DNA of 64,000 nucleotides from positions 930,001 to 994,000 of the forward strand of contig NW_027191408.1 in assembly GCF_041146345.1 (NCBI RefSeq), written 5' to 3'. The position numbers and the translations under genes are program-made. This DNA is from Neodothiora populina. Lineage: Eukaryota. Shown one piece after another: positions 37,342 through 49,633 of this stretch (position 1 is the first letter of the stretch; every line of letters starts with the position of its first letter). A model generated the notes under the pieces. That model was not told the origin of the DNA. It ran no database searches and saw only the letters and a program-made list of their open reading frames with translations.

Positions 37342-39145
37342 ATGGCGAGACTTGGAGAGTATATTTCACGCTCTACAGTTAAGAAGGCTGGAGTACTTTT
37401 TGGTGCAATCCTCATACTCGGCCACTTACACTCACTTTCTTCTTTTGCTCTGCCTGGATTCTCAACTGGTATGAACAACCAAATCCCCATCCCCACTCCA
37501 TCATCGTTACTGGACTGAGAGGATCGCAATGTAGAAATACCATCACAGCTGCAGATTTCCAGGAAAACCGAGGTTGCTGCCGCCTTCCAGCATGCGTGGA
37601 CAGGATACTCAAACTATTGCTTTGGCCACGACACTTTGCGTCCCGTGACCAACACGTGCGAGGATGACTTTGGCGGATATGGCGCAACCGCCATTGATTC
37701 TCTGCCAACAGCCATCATGCTAGGTAACGAAGACGCAGTCCTGCAGATCCTTGGATTCATCGCCGCTTTGGACTTCAATGTGGTCAAGGGAGGTACTAAG
37801 ATTCAGGTCTTCGAAGTTACGATCCGACATTTTGCGGGCATGATATCGGCTTGGGACTTGCTCAATGGGCCGTTTTCTGGTATTGCCAAGGACGCGGATC
37901 TTCGGCAAGCTTTATACCACCAGATGATCAGGCTAGGGGATGTACTAAGCTGCGCTTTCAACACTCCCAGCGGTGTTCCCCGTGATTGGGTGGACCCCAA
38001 GTTGTGTGAGACTGACCAGGGCACTACGAACACTGTTGCTGGGGTTGGTACAATGATACTTGAGTTTGCCAGGTTATCAGACATTACAGGAAACGACACA
38101 TACGTCAAGCTGGCCCAGAAGGCAGAGGATTACCTGCTCAGACCCAGTCCTGCAGTCGGAGAGCCATATCCAGGACTTCTTGGCTCGTCTGTAAGTGTGG
38201 CGACCGGATCTATAGTGGACTCCAAAGGAAGCTGGGGTGCTTTCTCAGACTGTAAGGAATCTATGTAGCGTACATCCAGCAAACGATGGCAGACTTACGA
38301 AACTCAGCCTTCTACGAGTATCTCCTCAAAGCATACCTGTACAACAGCGATCAGTATGAATTCTACCTCGAGCGCTGGCTAGCGGCAGCAGACTCAACAA
38401 TCCAATACATCGGCTCGCACCCCTACGGCCACCCAGAGTGGACCTTGCTGCCCTACTGGGACGGAGCAAACTCCAAAAACCTAATGGAGTCTCTATCTTG
38501 GTTCGCAGGCGGCAACTTCATCCTCGGAGGAATGGTAACGCGCAACCAAACGCTAGTGGACTACGGACTCTCGATAGCAGATGCCGCAGGCGCAGCATAC
38601 AACATGACAGCGACAGGCCTAGGCGGCGAATTCGTAGCATGGACCACCGCGTCCTCCTGTGACGATGGCAACGCCGACGAATCCACCTGCGACCCGAGCA
38701 ATTCGTTCCGCAGCTCCGATACTAAGTTCAGACTGCGACCCGAGGTGCTGGAGACGTGGTATTACGCCTACCGAGCGACGCGGGACCCAAAGTATAGAGA
38801 GTGGTCGTGGAGCGCGTTCAGCGCCATCAATCAGCACTGTCGGACGGAGTCTGGATTCAGCGCCATCAGGGACGTCATGGCGGAAGATGGCGGCGGAAAG
38901 ATAGACGTGCAAGAGAGCTTTGTGTTTGCCGAAGTGATGAAGTACGTGTATCTGATCCATTTAGAGGTGAGTAGTTGTAAATCTTGACTTTTCTCCCGGG
39001 CGATATTTGAGAATCAATGCTTACTCTGGTCGTCTAGGATCATAACACCCGGTTTCAAGTCCAGGATAGTCGCTCCGGAGCGAAAAATACTTGGGTCTTC
39101 AATACCGAGGCTCACCCCTTTCGTGTCGCGGGTCCACCAGTGTAG
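37342..39145 (+). CDS. Class I alpha-1,2-mannosidase, glycoside hydrolase family 47, 4 exons
   Basis: AFQHAWTGY...GHDTLRP, VFEVTIR, DSFYEY, LRPEVLE, QESFVFAEVMKY and FNTEAHP. Hydrophobic N-terminal signal or anchor. Confidence 0.93.
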
Positions 39146-39776
39146 AGATGAACACATAAATAGACTCTTGAATATGCGTATACATGTAATCATCTTTGTC
39201 GCCGAGTTCCAACGACGTCCTTGCTCTATTTGGCGATATTGCAGTCTTGTCAATGAACTCTGCAGCCTGGAGTACTTACTTCTGGCGCAGCTGTCAAAAT
39301 GAAATTGTGGACCAGCAAATCCAAACTCTTCAGTGTAGCAACAGCTCCGCCGAAATCTTGTATCTGACATCTACATATCTGACCCCTTGAGCATCCCAGC
39401 ATAGGGGATATAAACGTATAAAGTTCGACGAAACGACCAATGAAAACCAGAGATTGAAGAATGTGAGTTGCCAGTCCTTGGTTCGTTGAGACGCAGCACT
39501 AAGGACTTTGAGAAAGGAGGGATGCATGAGTGGCACAGGAACAAGACTCGACAAGTTGATGGGTCACACAGCGAGGCCAAGAGCTTCACATGGGTGGATT
39601 TTCACATCTGCTACTGCTGTTGTTATCGCTGATGCTGCTGCTGCTTCTGTTGTTCCCAAATGACGCTAATATCAACCAAAACGACACGACGCAAGAGATC
39701 TCCAACTACAGGATCTCGGACCATATAGACAGCAAGCTATTATTGATAAGGAGCAACCAGTAAAAAAAATACAGAA

Positions 39777-40941
39777 TCATGAAGGTAATTCATATAAGCG
39801 ATCACCATGATACGGCAGCTCGGCAAGCTGTTTCCACTCTCTGCCATCCAACTCCTCAGGCTGTTTATGGCGCTGATGAAAGTGATAATAAAGCTCATGA
39901 TGCGGATACAGCGGACGCGGAAGCTTGTCTATACTTTCGTTTTGATCCGGGTGTTGATGCCAATAGCCTCGATCTGGGAAGCCCAGACGAGTTCTTCGTT
40001 TGCGGCCATTGCTTGCTGATGAGGATGGCGTCGTCGGGTTTCGCTTGCTGCGGAAGTAAATTGCGGCGCCGATTATGGTGGCTAGTACGGCGGACGCGCT
40101 GATTACTATTCCGGCTATTGCGCCGACGGACAGGCCTGGGTTGGGAGGTTGCGTTGTCGTCGTGGGTGGTGTAGATGATGGTGACGAGGAAGATGTAGTG
40201 CTGCTGCTTGAGCCTGTGGGTGATGTTGACGCAGCAGAGGATATTGCGGTGGATGATGCTATGCTGGGTTTTGTTGTTGTCATAGGTGATGATGATGATG
40301 ATGATATTGACGCTGACGCCGCCGTATTTGAGACAGTACTAGTGATCGAGAACAGAGAGAGGTCAGGCGGTTGAAAAGCCACTGTGATGGGTTGCGCCCA
40401 CATGGTGACTGGACCAGTAACTCGTGCGAACATGGTCGCTGTGCCATCAGATATCGAGCTGAAGCCATCAACTTCTGCAAATACCGTCGTTGCACCCACA
40501 TTGCTGTACATGCTCGTGCATCCATAGTATCCTGCAGAGGCTTGGTCCTCATTCACCCCGCCAATGGAGCTTGTGTAGACGAAATTGCTATGATATGGTC
40601 AGTGAGACTCGAAGATCATCTGACAAGAGAGAAAAGTACCTGGGACAGCATACTGCTGTGGTCACTTTGATATTGAAGTTGTTGTAGGCCGTAGTATAAC
40701 CTGATGGACACGCGCCTGGACTGAAGACTTGGATGAATGATGGTGCTCGACCCCAGCCACCAAAACCCGGTGGATAACAAGGCTTGTCAGGGCGATCAAA
40801 TTGCGCGTCCTGCAGAAGAAGTCCTCCTGACATACTATTTGCAGATGCAGGCTCAAAGGTCCAGTGTAAAGAACACGAAGATGGTGGAGTGAAGATAGCC
40901 GACATGGGACTTGTTATGGTACTGAGGGCATTGGAACCCAT
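39777..40941 (-). CDS. Uncharacterised single-pass membrane protein with Cys-rich N-domain and Ser/Thr-rich stalk (Mid2-like architecture), 1 intron
   Basis: FTPPSSC...FSPGACPSGYT...AVCCP, a long S/T tract, then a TM helix GLSVGAIAGIVISASAVLATIIGAAIYF followed by basic RSKR. Confidence 0.75.
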
Positions 40942-41982
40942 TTTGCTTCTGACTCCAATGTGAAGACCAAGAGAGTATCCATCCAGGAAGGTTACAAGAG
41001 GAAGCGCATGTCAGGTAAGTGAGGAATTGTGAGACATGTGGACAAGGTACTCGGGGCAGATACCATGCCAGTTCAATTGCATTAAAGCCATCGATCCGAA
41101 GGAAGACAAAAGGCACCGGAGCGGCTAACGCATTATCTGTCTTTTGCATCACTGGCTGTATGTTGTAGACTCATGCGCGCATCTATATTTGACCGCGGGA
41201 TTGTTTGATGCCAAAGTACGTGCTTGAACCATTCCCTTTACGCCTTGATAGATAGATCCGATGGATGCTTGGAAATGTAGACCGGCGGTTAGGTGATTTA
41301 GGCGCCTATGCTAGATACAAGGACATGATTCTGGCGTATCAGAAAGCATTCCCAATCATCTGGGCGAGAGAATGTGCCATCTCGCCTGGGGATAGATTAA
41401 AGCCGTAGCATTTTCGGGACGAGCTATGCAATTTTTCTTCCCCCAGTAATAAGGCATCCGTTGAATAGTGACCGGCACGCAGTGTTAGACTGCTGTGAGA
41501 ATCAGCCGACAAGGTGAAGACCGAGTCCAGTAGAATTGTACCTGTCTTACAGGAAGGTGCACAGATACCAGGTGTGATAGAGACTCGGCGCTAGATCAGC
41601 GCTTATGTATTGGAAGCCCCAGCCAGCGCCTCACAACGAGGCAAGCCACAGCAAAGGTTTAGGCCTCAAGCCATTACCACACATAACACAATATATCATC
41701 CAGATAATGGCTATTGTGATTTTGTCCATGATTGCAGTTCAAGAAAAAAAAGAAGGCAGAAACAAATGACCACAAAATCGCGTAAATGTGTAACAGGTAG
41801 CTGAGTGGGAATGATTTTTTTTTTTACAGGTATAACATTCTATGACAGGTACCGGTCAAATCGGGCATCATTATTGTACTGCGCAAAGTCTTTGGTGGCA
41901 CAGATGGCCAACCCATCATGAAGAAGCAGAAGGGAAGAAGAAAGCTGGCTAGATGCCCTTGCGAAATTGGCAATCATTCGTC

Positions 41983-43607
41983 TCACCGGCGTCTGAATTG
42001 CTCTCCAAGGTACTCGAGGACCTTTGGACTGACGACACCCTGGTTGACAAGGTGTTTGCTCAGCCCTCTCACAACCTCCATTTGCTGTTCCGGAGTGAGG
42101 CCTGTAATCGCAGTCTCGATGACACTGCCAACAGAAGCCTTGTAGACGGCGATGAAGCTCTGGTAGTAGACAAAGGTGAAGAAACCCATGATGAATTGGC
42201 AATCCATACGGTCGGTCATGCCGCCATGGCCAGGAATAGAGTCGCCAAAGTCCTTGATGTTGAAGGTTCTCTTCAGACCGGAGGCGAAGAAGCCACCAAA
42301 GGGAGCGATGAGCGAAGCAAAAGACGCGAACACCAAGATATGGAATTGCATAGGGCTATCAGGAACCATTAGCAGGGATAGACATGCATTGTCACAGCAA
42401 GGAAAAAAAAAATTACCAGATGCTCAACTTGGTAGGCAGATGGGTCCAGTTTGGAGGGATGAAAGGCAGCTGGTATGTATGGGGCAGGAAGACTGGGTTC
42501 ACGTCACATTCGAGTCCAGTGAAGAGGTTTGCGCCAAAGTCCTAGACCGATTAGCAAGAATTTTGTCTGTGTGGCAGATAGTAACATACATTGACAGGAC
42601 AGATGAAGTACTTGGACCTTGCGAGAAGGTTGGTCAAGGCAAAGCCGAAGATGATGGTGAAGACCCATGCGCCTAGGAAACCCTCGACAGTCTTCTTTGG
42701 GCTGATCTTGATCAACTGGGTGCGACCAAACGTGATACCACAGATGTATGCGAAGATGTCATTGGTGATGACCAAAGATGCCGGCAGGAAGAACCAGATC
42801 ATGCCCTCGAAGACGCTGTTCATGACAAAATGGGCCTGCACAACGATGAGGTAAAGAGCCATGTGAGTCCAGGCGAATTGGGTGAACTGGAACTTGTAGT
42901 GGCCCTTCTCGAGAGACATGACGAAGAAGACGAAACCTATCAAGGGCAAGTTAGCTATAGCGAGGAGCAAGAACAAATATGGCGATGACTCGACGAACCC
43001 ATGACATAGAGCATGAAGCTGATGAATCGGTGGTGCGTCGCAAATGGTAGCAGGACCTTGTCGACCAAGATGATGTGCTTGAAGTAGTATATGACACTCT
43101 CGCCGTAGAGGAAGTACATTGTGGTTCCCAGGAAATACCAGTTCAGTGTCTTAGTGAAACGCAGCTTTCGAGCCCTGCTGGGGACGTTTGAAATGGCGAT
43201 GACTTCCTTGAAAGAGATGATCTGGATGGCGGTAACGATCATGATAATGTAGATGTGACCAGCGAACATGGCAGCGAAGAAAGCGCCAATCATGACAAAA
43301 GTCCAAATCATTCTCGTGATGAACGTTTGCTTCTTCTTCTCATATTCAGTTTGAGGAGGAGGCAGTTGAGGCTGCAGGTTTCCGGGTCAGCGTTCGTACA
43401 GAAAGATATGCACGTGAAGATGGCAGTGCTCGCCTTTTCATCATCTGTCCAATTCGCATCATGAGGCTCAGACGACTCAGACTTAGAGAGCGACGAGTGT
43501 CCATTACGGGTAGGAGTGTGTGGTGGATTGGAAGCGACATCTGATTCCCTTCGCTTCCTTAGGCCATCCTTGTATTGGAACTTGACGTCCTTCTTTGGCT
43601 TCGTCAT
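41983..43607 (-). CDS. CDS1: Phosphatidate cytidylyltransferase (CDP-diacylglycerol synthase), multi-exon
   Basis: SPKKTVEG and the signature SGLKRTFNIKDFGDSIPGHGGMTDRMDCQ. Confidence 0.96.
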
Positions 43608-44475
43608 TTTGCCGCTTCTCGTTGAAATGGCAAGCACGGAGTGGTCGTATAAGGCAGGACTAGAGTGTGCTCATGGAGATCGACGAGGTCGAGGAGCTTT
43701 ACAACACACTGTCGCGTCGAATTATTCTCTTCGGGTATCTGAGCGTCTCCGCGTGCGGCAGATGATGTAGCGACTCTGATCCTACGCAGATACGCTATGG
43801 TAGCTAGCGACTCAGACGTAAGTGGTTCGCAGGTGACGTAGGAATCAAGGACTACTGAAGCGACAATCACAACACAGATTCAGTGATAGCTAAGCAAAGG
43901 TCAGGTACCTAGACATTGAACACCTATGTCGAGAGAGATGCTGTATCTTCCGTGTCTTTCCTCCGACACTGCCCTGCCCGCCGGATTGTCAGGTAAGCTC
44001 TGCGGGTCAGTGCCTGCCCGAACCAGCTTTCCCGGCTTCCTTTTCCTCCAAAACGACGTCAACACCTGCCTGCTTTCCGTGCTTTTGTACACTTTCTTGG
44101 CAAATGCATGTGATTGGGCGGTCCGACTAAAGCTCCGTTGCCCGCATCCATTCTACGTAGTGAAGTACCTACTCCGACATTCAGATGCAGTGATTAGATA
44201 CAGTGATAATCAACCTTGATATCTCGATACACAGTAAACAACAGCGGAAGTGAGTTCCTGATCAATCACTGTACAGAACATAAGTTCGTCGCCAAAGTCT
44301 CTGCAGTCTGCTCGACTTGGTGTTTTCCTCTTTCACTCTCTCTCTCTTTCATATTTTCTGCATCATCTCATCTTCCTGAATGGCAATTGATGTTACTGTA
44401 ATCTATAAGCCTGATAGAGTGCTGTACAGTGATCTAGTCGCGTCCTAGCATGGTCTCCAGCTTATAGAAAGACTG

Positions 44476-47075
44476 ATGGCCGACCAGGATGATGAGTTCT
44501 ATACCTCGGAACTGGAGTTTGTCCCGCAGGCCACTTTGAATGATCTGGAACATGATGCGCTCGTATCGACTCAGCGTAAGGTAGCGGCATTGCAGAGCCA
44601 AAGACGTAGCCAAGTGTCACGACCATTCCATCCTCCGAGTCGTATCCAGAGATGGCACCTGCCAGCGCCAGCTCGCCATGCATCTCCACTGCCTGAGGAC
44701 CCTCCCTCCTCGGACTACGCATCTGATGGCCTTGACGACGAAGATGTCATCAATCTGGATGACAGAGACGCTTCTTCCACCATAGTGTACGGTGCCCCGA
44801 CTCGAACTTTGGCAAATGAACTTGGTTAGCTCATCCTTCTTCTTCCCACTTGAATTGTGTTGATGGGTCTCTAACATGCATGAGAACAGAAAGTCCTGAC
44901 TCACATCATGCCATTGATGGCGTTGGCCGCCAGCAGAATGGACCCATCCATCCACAAACCGGCGAGCTGTCACATCCTGCGGCGCCAACGGAAGATGCTA
45001 CCCCCGCTGCTTCAGAAGCAAAACTGCAGCAGGTAAGCAGGTTTCCAACCGAGAAACATGCCCAGGAAAGCGCCCACTGACCACCATCGGGCTTTACCAG
45101 ATTAGAGCCGAGTTTGAGCGGAGGATACAGATGGAAAAAGAGATCGCAATGAAGAAAGCCGGGGAGATAGCCATTCTGAGATCCAAGCACGAGAAAGATA
45201 CAAAAGAGTACGAGCGACGCATAGCTGTCATGCAGAAGCTGCACGCAGACGAAACCGCCAGGCACAGGGCTGAAGCGCAAGCCGCGCAGAAAGATCGCGA
45301 GAAGATCGAGACGAACAACCGCTTCCTGGAACATGATCTTGCTGAGGAGGTTGAGCGCTCTAAAAGGTTCAAGGTTACGGCCAAGCATACAAGTGTGAAG
45401 CAAGTCGATCAGAGAGCTCCTTCGTCTAGCAGAACATTCGACTTACCACATCGCGACGGCTTTGACGATCATGAAATTGTGCTCGTGTCTCCGTCGAAGG
45501 CAAAGGACAAACCAAAGGCAGAGACTCCACGAGCGGGCAACAAGCGCAAACGCAAAGTCGACGTCAGCCCCGTTCCGCCTCTTGAGCTGCATACCGTCGC
45601 CGCCAAGGCTTCTCCTACTGTCCAAGAGCTTGATGACTCTGCGATCGGTCGGCAACCGCAAGATCAAATTCTTCAGGATGGGTCTCGCTTCCTGGTCAGT
45701 GGTTTGTTGGATCCGTACACACGTGTCTTGTTACTGACTTGGCTAGACTATCCAGCACGTGCTGAATCACCGAGTTGCGCCTGGTTGTGAACGTACTTAC
45801 GAAATGCTCACGAGATATTCATTGCCTTCCTCATCAGGAAAATCAATCGCAGCTACGATCAGCGAAGCACTGGCGAAGTACCTCCCGTCAAGGAGCAGTC
45901 CAGATCTATCGCTGCATATATGCAACACCATACTCGGTCTCTGGGCAGCATGTATAGAGGAGCATTATGTGAGCCAATATATTTTCAAGCATGTCTTGAT
46001 ACGTTGACACTGATTGTGGAAATAGTACGCCCCAATACGCCCTCTCGCAGAGCTCATGGACTTTGTGCTGAGTTTAGGACCGAAGGCTACAGCAAGTCCA
46101 CTGATCGATCAATTTGTCCCCGTGGCCATGAAAACAATAGACTTGATCGCCATGCCGATAGCACGACCTTCGCAGATATCCTCATCAACCAAAATTCAGA
46201 CCGGTGTGGGGTCTGTTCAAGACTTGTCTGAATGTGTCGATATGGACCATGTCCTCAGCATGATGCATGACATGTCACTAACAGCCAGCCGTTCCGCCGA
46301 GACGAATCGCTTGTTCTGGCAGAAGGTCGAGTTTGACTTTGCATTGTTGCTTCTCAACGTGCCGCAAGAACTCCCCCACATGCAGCTGATGCTTCAGATG
46401 ATAGCAGCGTCGGTCCTCCCCGAGACTTTTGGAGTCATCTCACCTCACCCCGAGAAGCAAGAAGATCTAGAAATACATACGATACATCGATTGACGAATT
46501 TGTTGTTTGAGAAGCCCAAGGCACCTCCGCATGAGGAAGAATACGAGGATGTCGAGCTTGGACTGTTGCGCATCGACATTCTGCAGACGCTTGCAGCTAT
46601 AGCGGTCACACAACATGGCAGCACGAGTATCGCACAACACCGCACGGCAATAGGGAGGCTGATGCGGTTCACGCACATACAAGTCATCAACTTGTACGAT
46701 ATTCCCTTTACGTCATTCGTAGAGTCTGAGGGGGCGGTACTTGCGCAGCAAAGCCGAATGCACGAACTTACCACCGCGGCCATCAACATGACCGTACGCC
46801 TGTTGTACTACGTTATGCACAAGCACGCGGACATTGTCAACTTTCGTGAAAAGTTTGGTATCATCCCTGGCGGGCATCACAAGTTCTTGGTCTCACTTAC
46901 AAGACTTGCCTTTTCCGACCAATTAATCTACGAAGCTGGCATCGAAGAAGAGACTGTGGATGCGGCGCACGCTATGCTCGACCACATCTTGACTCCCGAA
47001 GAAGGAGAAGCGGTCTTCGAAGCCATCGAGACACCTCGAGGTACTAATGGATCGAGAGCGTCAGCGCCCGGGTAG
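44476..47075 (+). CDS. rad26: DNA-damage checkpoint protein Rad26/ATRIP (UvsD-like), 5 exons
   Basis: Coiled coil with KAGEIAILRSK and TNNRFLEHDL, DGFDD.E, the basic motif GNKRKRK and C-terminal HKFLVSLTRLAFSD...LTPEEGE. Recognised from memory of Pezizomycotina homologues. Confidence 0.75.
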
Positions 47076-47753
47076 ATTTGATTCTAGACTGCGTGAAGTT
47101 GTATGGCAAGCATAGACTGACAGATGGGTGCAACGACACATCTGTCTTTACCCGTTGCACTCAGGTGAATGAGGCATCATGATAAGGGGGCTTATATTGG
47201 ACTCGAGTAATATGAAGCACAATCCAGGATAGGGACCAAGGAAAGGAGACAGGGCGCTGGAGCAGCTTGTAGCTATGGCGGCACTCGGATGGGAAAACAC
47301 GAAATTATGGATATAAGACGCCACCCACTTGTATAGAAAAGTACACTAACACTGATACTGCTCGAACGATCAAGCACGGCTCATACACCTCATGAATCTA
47401 AAGAATGTCGACGTGAAGACCATGTAAGTGAAAGTCCAAGTCACGTGCAACACCGCCATGTGGAGAAGGAAGCAGCGGCACTTTCCGTTTGCGGCCACCA
47501 AGGGTAGCACTTGCCTTGCCCCGCCAGCCCTATTCAACATTCGGGAAAGTTTGAAGAAAGTGTGACGGCAGGAGCGAGAGAGTCAGTCAAGAGCAATCAG
47601 TCACACATCAGCTGGACAAAGTTACCACAACAGCATCGCTAGACATCACCACCCGTACATCCAACTGACCCAGGTTTACACAGCCAGAAGGGGATCTACA
47701 AGCATAAAGGAAACAAACAAAACACAGAAAAAGACAGGAACAAATCGCCCATC

Positions 47754-48872
47754 ATGTCTCTCACGAATTGCCGCTTCTACGAGGAAAAGTTCCCAGAGAT
47801 TGATTCGTTCGTCATGGTGAACGTCAAGCAGGTGCGTTCTTTTGCTGGTTGTGGCGCGCCGAGATAAGGGGGAAAGAGGAGCAGCAAAAATGCAATAAAG
47901 ATGGAAAAGAAGGACAAGACGAGAAGACATGCGCTGACTTGAAGACCAAAACAAAAGATCGCAGAGATGGGCGCATACGTCAAGTTGCTCGAATACGATA
48001 ACATTGACGGCATGATTCTGTTGTCTGAGCTCTCCAGAAGACGTATCAGAAGTATCCAGAAGCTCATCCGAGTGGGAAGGAACGAGGTTGTCGTCGTGCT
48101 GAGAGTGGACAAGGAGAAGGGTATGGCATCACATGACAGAAAAGCAGTAAGGATAAGAAGCTGACTTCCAAGAAAAGGCTACATTGATTTGTCAAAGCGA
48201 CGAGTGTCGCCCGAGGACATTGTCAAGTGCGAAGAGCGATACAACAAGTCCAAGATGGTGCACTCGATCATGCGCCACGTAGCAGAAAAGACCAACACCC
48301 CGATCGAGGAACTGTACCAGACCATCGGCTGGCCGCTGAACAAGAAGTACGGCCACGCCGTCGACGCCTTCAAGCTGTCCATCACCAACTCCGACGTCTG
48401 GTCCGAGATTGCCTTCCCTAACGACGTCGTCAAGGAAGAACTCACCTCGTACATCGGCAAGCGCCTGACTCCCCAGCCCACCAAGGTGCGCGCCGACGTC
48501 GAAGTCACCTGCTTCGGCTACGAGGGCATCGACGCCGTCAAGAACGCTCTGCGCTGCGCAGAGGCAAAGAACACCCCGGACACCCAGGTCAAGGTCAAGC
48601 TCGTCTCGCCTCCGCTGTACGTGCTCACTTCGCAGACGCTCGACAAGAACGTCGGCATCGACGTGCTCGAGGAGGCCATCAAGGACATCACCGAGAACAT
48701 CAAGGCTGCCGGAGGCAACTGTGTCGTCAAGATGGCACCCAAGGCCGTCACCGAGAACGACGACGCCGAGCTGCAGGCTCTCATGGACAAGAAGGAGCGC
48801 GAGAACGCAGAGGTCAGCGGTGACGAGGACGACTCGGACTCTGACGACGGTGTTGTCGCTGCCGACAAGTAA
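47754..48872 (+). CDS. SUI2: Translation initiation factor 2 alpha (introns 47832-47957, 48121-48177)
   Basis: [15 protein letters not shown] start and the Ser51 loop [16 protein letters not shown]. Confidence 0.97.
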
Positions 48873-49633
48873 AAAGTGCCTTTCTTTTCCTGTTCAAAAC
48901 CCGCTTTTCATCTTCTTTGATCTCTTCTTCTTCATCGTAGCCGGGCGAAAGGGGGCGTAGAGGGATGAAAGAGGAGGACCCGACACGGTGACACTACATG
49001 GACCCGTCTTTCAGCACGCATACACAACCAACGCTGATGTAGAAAATAACGCAGGCTTGTTATGGGTTCATACCAGCATGGCGTCAACTAAGGGGAAACG
49101 CACGTGAAGTGGATGAACGGACGAGTGGAAGAAGGAGAAGCAGAAGAGATCCGGCAGGTAGCTCTTAGCAAAAAGAGCTGTCCAAAGATTATCACGTAAC
49201 GATGAACTCGAAGAATTGTGTTTTCTTTAGAGCAAAAAAAGTAGAAAGAAATGCAGCAATATGGGAAACTATCAGTCTATTTCGTCTTTGCCTGTCCTTC
49301 CTTTGTTCATTCATCCCATGCGCTGATAGAGAGTTTCGATGAACCACGAATAGAAGTCGATTCACGAAGAGCTGATGCCGTGCCCTTTATACATCTCTCG
49401 AAAGTCTAGACCACACGAACAGGGTATCACCATTGCACTTTTCTTGACTACCTTACGGTTTCTCCCTTGTCTGTCGGCCGGGTACCGACGAACGACTACA
49501 TGGCCCACGCTGCGTTATCCCCTCGTTTTTCTTATATCTACAGTACATATCCGCACGCTTCTCTCCCTCCGTGTCAAGAACAATACATACACAGCATACA
49601 CCCCATCAGTACCGTAAAACAGAGCTCAAAAGA

